Shown here one piece after another: positions 52,016 through 52,589 of a stretch of DNA of 52,589 bases; position 1 is the first letter of the stretch, and each line of letters begins with the position of its first letter. The notes under the pieces are model-generated. The model saw only the letters and a program-made list of their open reading frames with translations, was not told the origin of the DNA and did no database searches. This DNA is from Chiloscyllium plagiosum (Eukaryota). The stretch covers positions 47,210,311-47,262,899 of the forward strand of contig NC_057728.1 of assembly GCF_004010195.1 (NCBI RefSeq). Reading direction: 5' to 3'. The position numbers were made by a program, and so were the translations under genes.

Positions 52016-52290
52016 GATGGAAATGTGTTGCTGGAAAAGCGCAGCAGGTCAGGCAGCATCTAGGGAACAGGAGAATCGACGTTTCGGGCATTAGCCCTTC
52101 TTCAGGAATGAGGAAAGTTGGTCCAGCAGGCTAAGATAAAAGATAGGGAGGAGGGACGTGGGGGAGGGGCGTCGGAAATGTGATAGGTGGAAAGAGGACA
52201 AGGTGAGGGTGATAGGTCAGACTGGGGGGGGGGGGGAGAGGTCGGGAAGAAGATCTCAGGTTAGGAAGGCGGTGCTGAATTTGATGGATT
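52016..52290 (-). mobile_element. PLE pseudo-LTR fragment with intact hammerhead motif (52073-52110)
   Basis: Minus strand cattcCTGAAGAagggctaatgcccGAAAcgtcgattc. Confidence 0.85.
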
Positions 52291-52589
52291 CTGTTTGAGA
52301 ATGTGGCTGAAGAGCTTCTATGCAGTTTAGATTATTATGCTGCACTTTGTTCTGTTTAAATACTTAATTTACTTATTTCATCAGCTTCAGAGGAAGGGGG
52401 ACTTCCTGTTTTTGTCTACATCTCGGTCAGTCTAGGTTATGGGGTGTTAACAACAGGTGGTAAGTGTTTATTACTTGGGCTATTTTACAATGAACAGGGC
52501 TTGTTTTGTATCTGTTGTGTTGTGTTCCTCTTTGATCTGGAGTTCTTGCCACCAGTCTGCATTTTTAAATATTTTCATAACTATTCTTG

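Overview
Vertebrate genomic DNA, most likely a shark (HE1-like SINEs, CR1/HER1-like LINEs, a DeuSINE-like element and abundant Penelope-like elements, PLEs). The only host gene supported is the 3' part of trhde (TRH-degrading ectoenzyme / pyroglutamyl-peptidase II) on the minus strand. It has seven coding exons (45629 to 30396) with GT-AG boundaries and consistent phases, equivalent to mammalian exons 13-19 when counted back from the last exon. Positions 1 to about 29.4 kb are repeat-rich DNA downstream of the gene, with a 445-N gap. Most notable observations: (i) many short PLE-derived insertions carrying minimal hammerhead-ribozyme motifs, several as TSD-flanked palindromes; (ii) two ~2-kb same-subfamily CR1 copies in inverted orientation around a frame-symmetric exon pair (circRNA/skipping candidate); (iii) a weak exon-14 donor followed by an in-frame stop, matching the mammalian truncated TRH-DE* isoform; (iv) a CR1 with a twin-priming-like 5' inversion; (v) three locally templated insertions. 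All family and gene calls come from manual reading and recall, with no database search; repeat boundaries are approximate.
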